From the NCBI RefSeq assembly GCF_006345805.1, contig NW_021832120.1:248001-312000 (forward strand): a stretch of 64,000 nt of DNA. Reading direction: 5' to 3'. The notes under the pieces are model-generated. The model was not told the origin of the DNA. It searched no databases and worked only from the letters and a program-made list of their open reading frames with translations. This document shows, one piece after another, positions 63,680 through 64,000 of the stretch. The stretch comes from Octopus sinensis. Taxonomy: Eukaryota. The position numbers were made by a program, and so were the translations under genes. Position 1 is the stretch's first letter; every line of letters starts with the position of its first letter.

Positions 63680-64000
63680 ATTCTATTAGTTTTATAATTT
63701 TTACGAATAAAATGATGGCATTTTACAAAAATTTTATCTTCTTAATGAAATTATTGAGTTCACTTTACGATCTTGTATTCAGAAAAAAAATAATGATAAT
63801 ACTTAAGTTAAGCCGCAGATTACTTACTTTATCATTAATAATATTTAGAAAAAAAACAATAATGGCCGTGGATGGCTGTAATCAAATTTTTAAATCTTCA
63901 ATCCTAAAAGCTTTCCCAGAACTTTGAAATCGTGATTGTTAGGAAAATTAATAGTATAGGCATTAAGTTTAATTATCTTTAATTAATTGAAGATTCTATG

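Overview
AT-rich eukaryotic (metazoan) nuclear DNA. Nearly all introns are 19-35 nt with weak donors and no real polypyrimidine tract, which points to a dicyemid-like or similarly reduced parasitic animal (inference only). Hand-splicing gives clean host genes: an SRSF7-like splicing factor, a catalytically dead REXO4/AEN-like exonuclease, Ssu72, PITP, nephrocystin-1 (17 introns), an orphan gene and a peptide-type GPCR. The 31-43 kb block holds lesioned housekeeping genes: HCCS, PIAS (split by a satellite-bearing Helitron) and a GC-rich ultra-compact cluster of an MTP-type CDF transporter, Tim8, Seh1 and LMBR1. These are either decaying duplicates or poorly polished sequence. Most of the rest is nested mobile DNA: pogo/Tigger, two Tc1 families, several hAT derivatives, intron-bearing Ginger-like integrase elements (two lack the DDE core), CRE, R4-like, RTE and Jockey-like LINEs, a tRNA-SINE with a possible LINE partner, and a ~5.5 kb direct duplication. 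The most notable items are a CRE retrotransposon with twin-priming inversion geometry, the core-less spliced Ginger mini-elements, the Helitron inside a PIAS exon, and several stop-free 3n micro-introns. All coordinates were derived by hand; family names come from motif recognition, not database searches.
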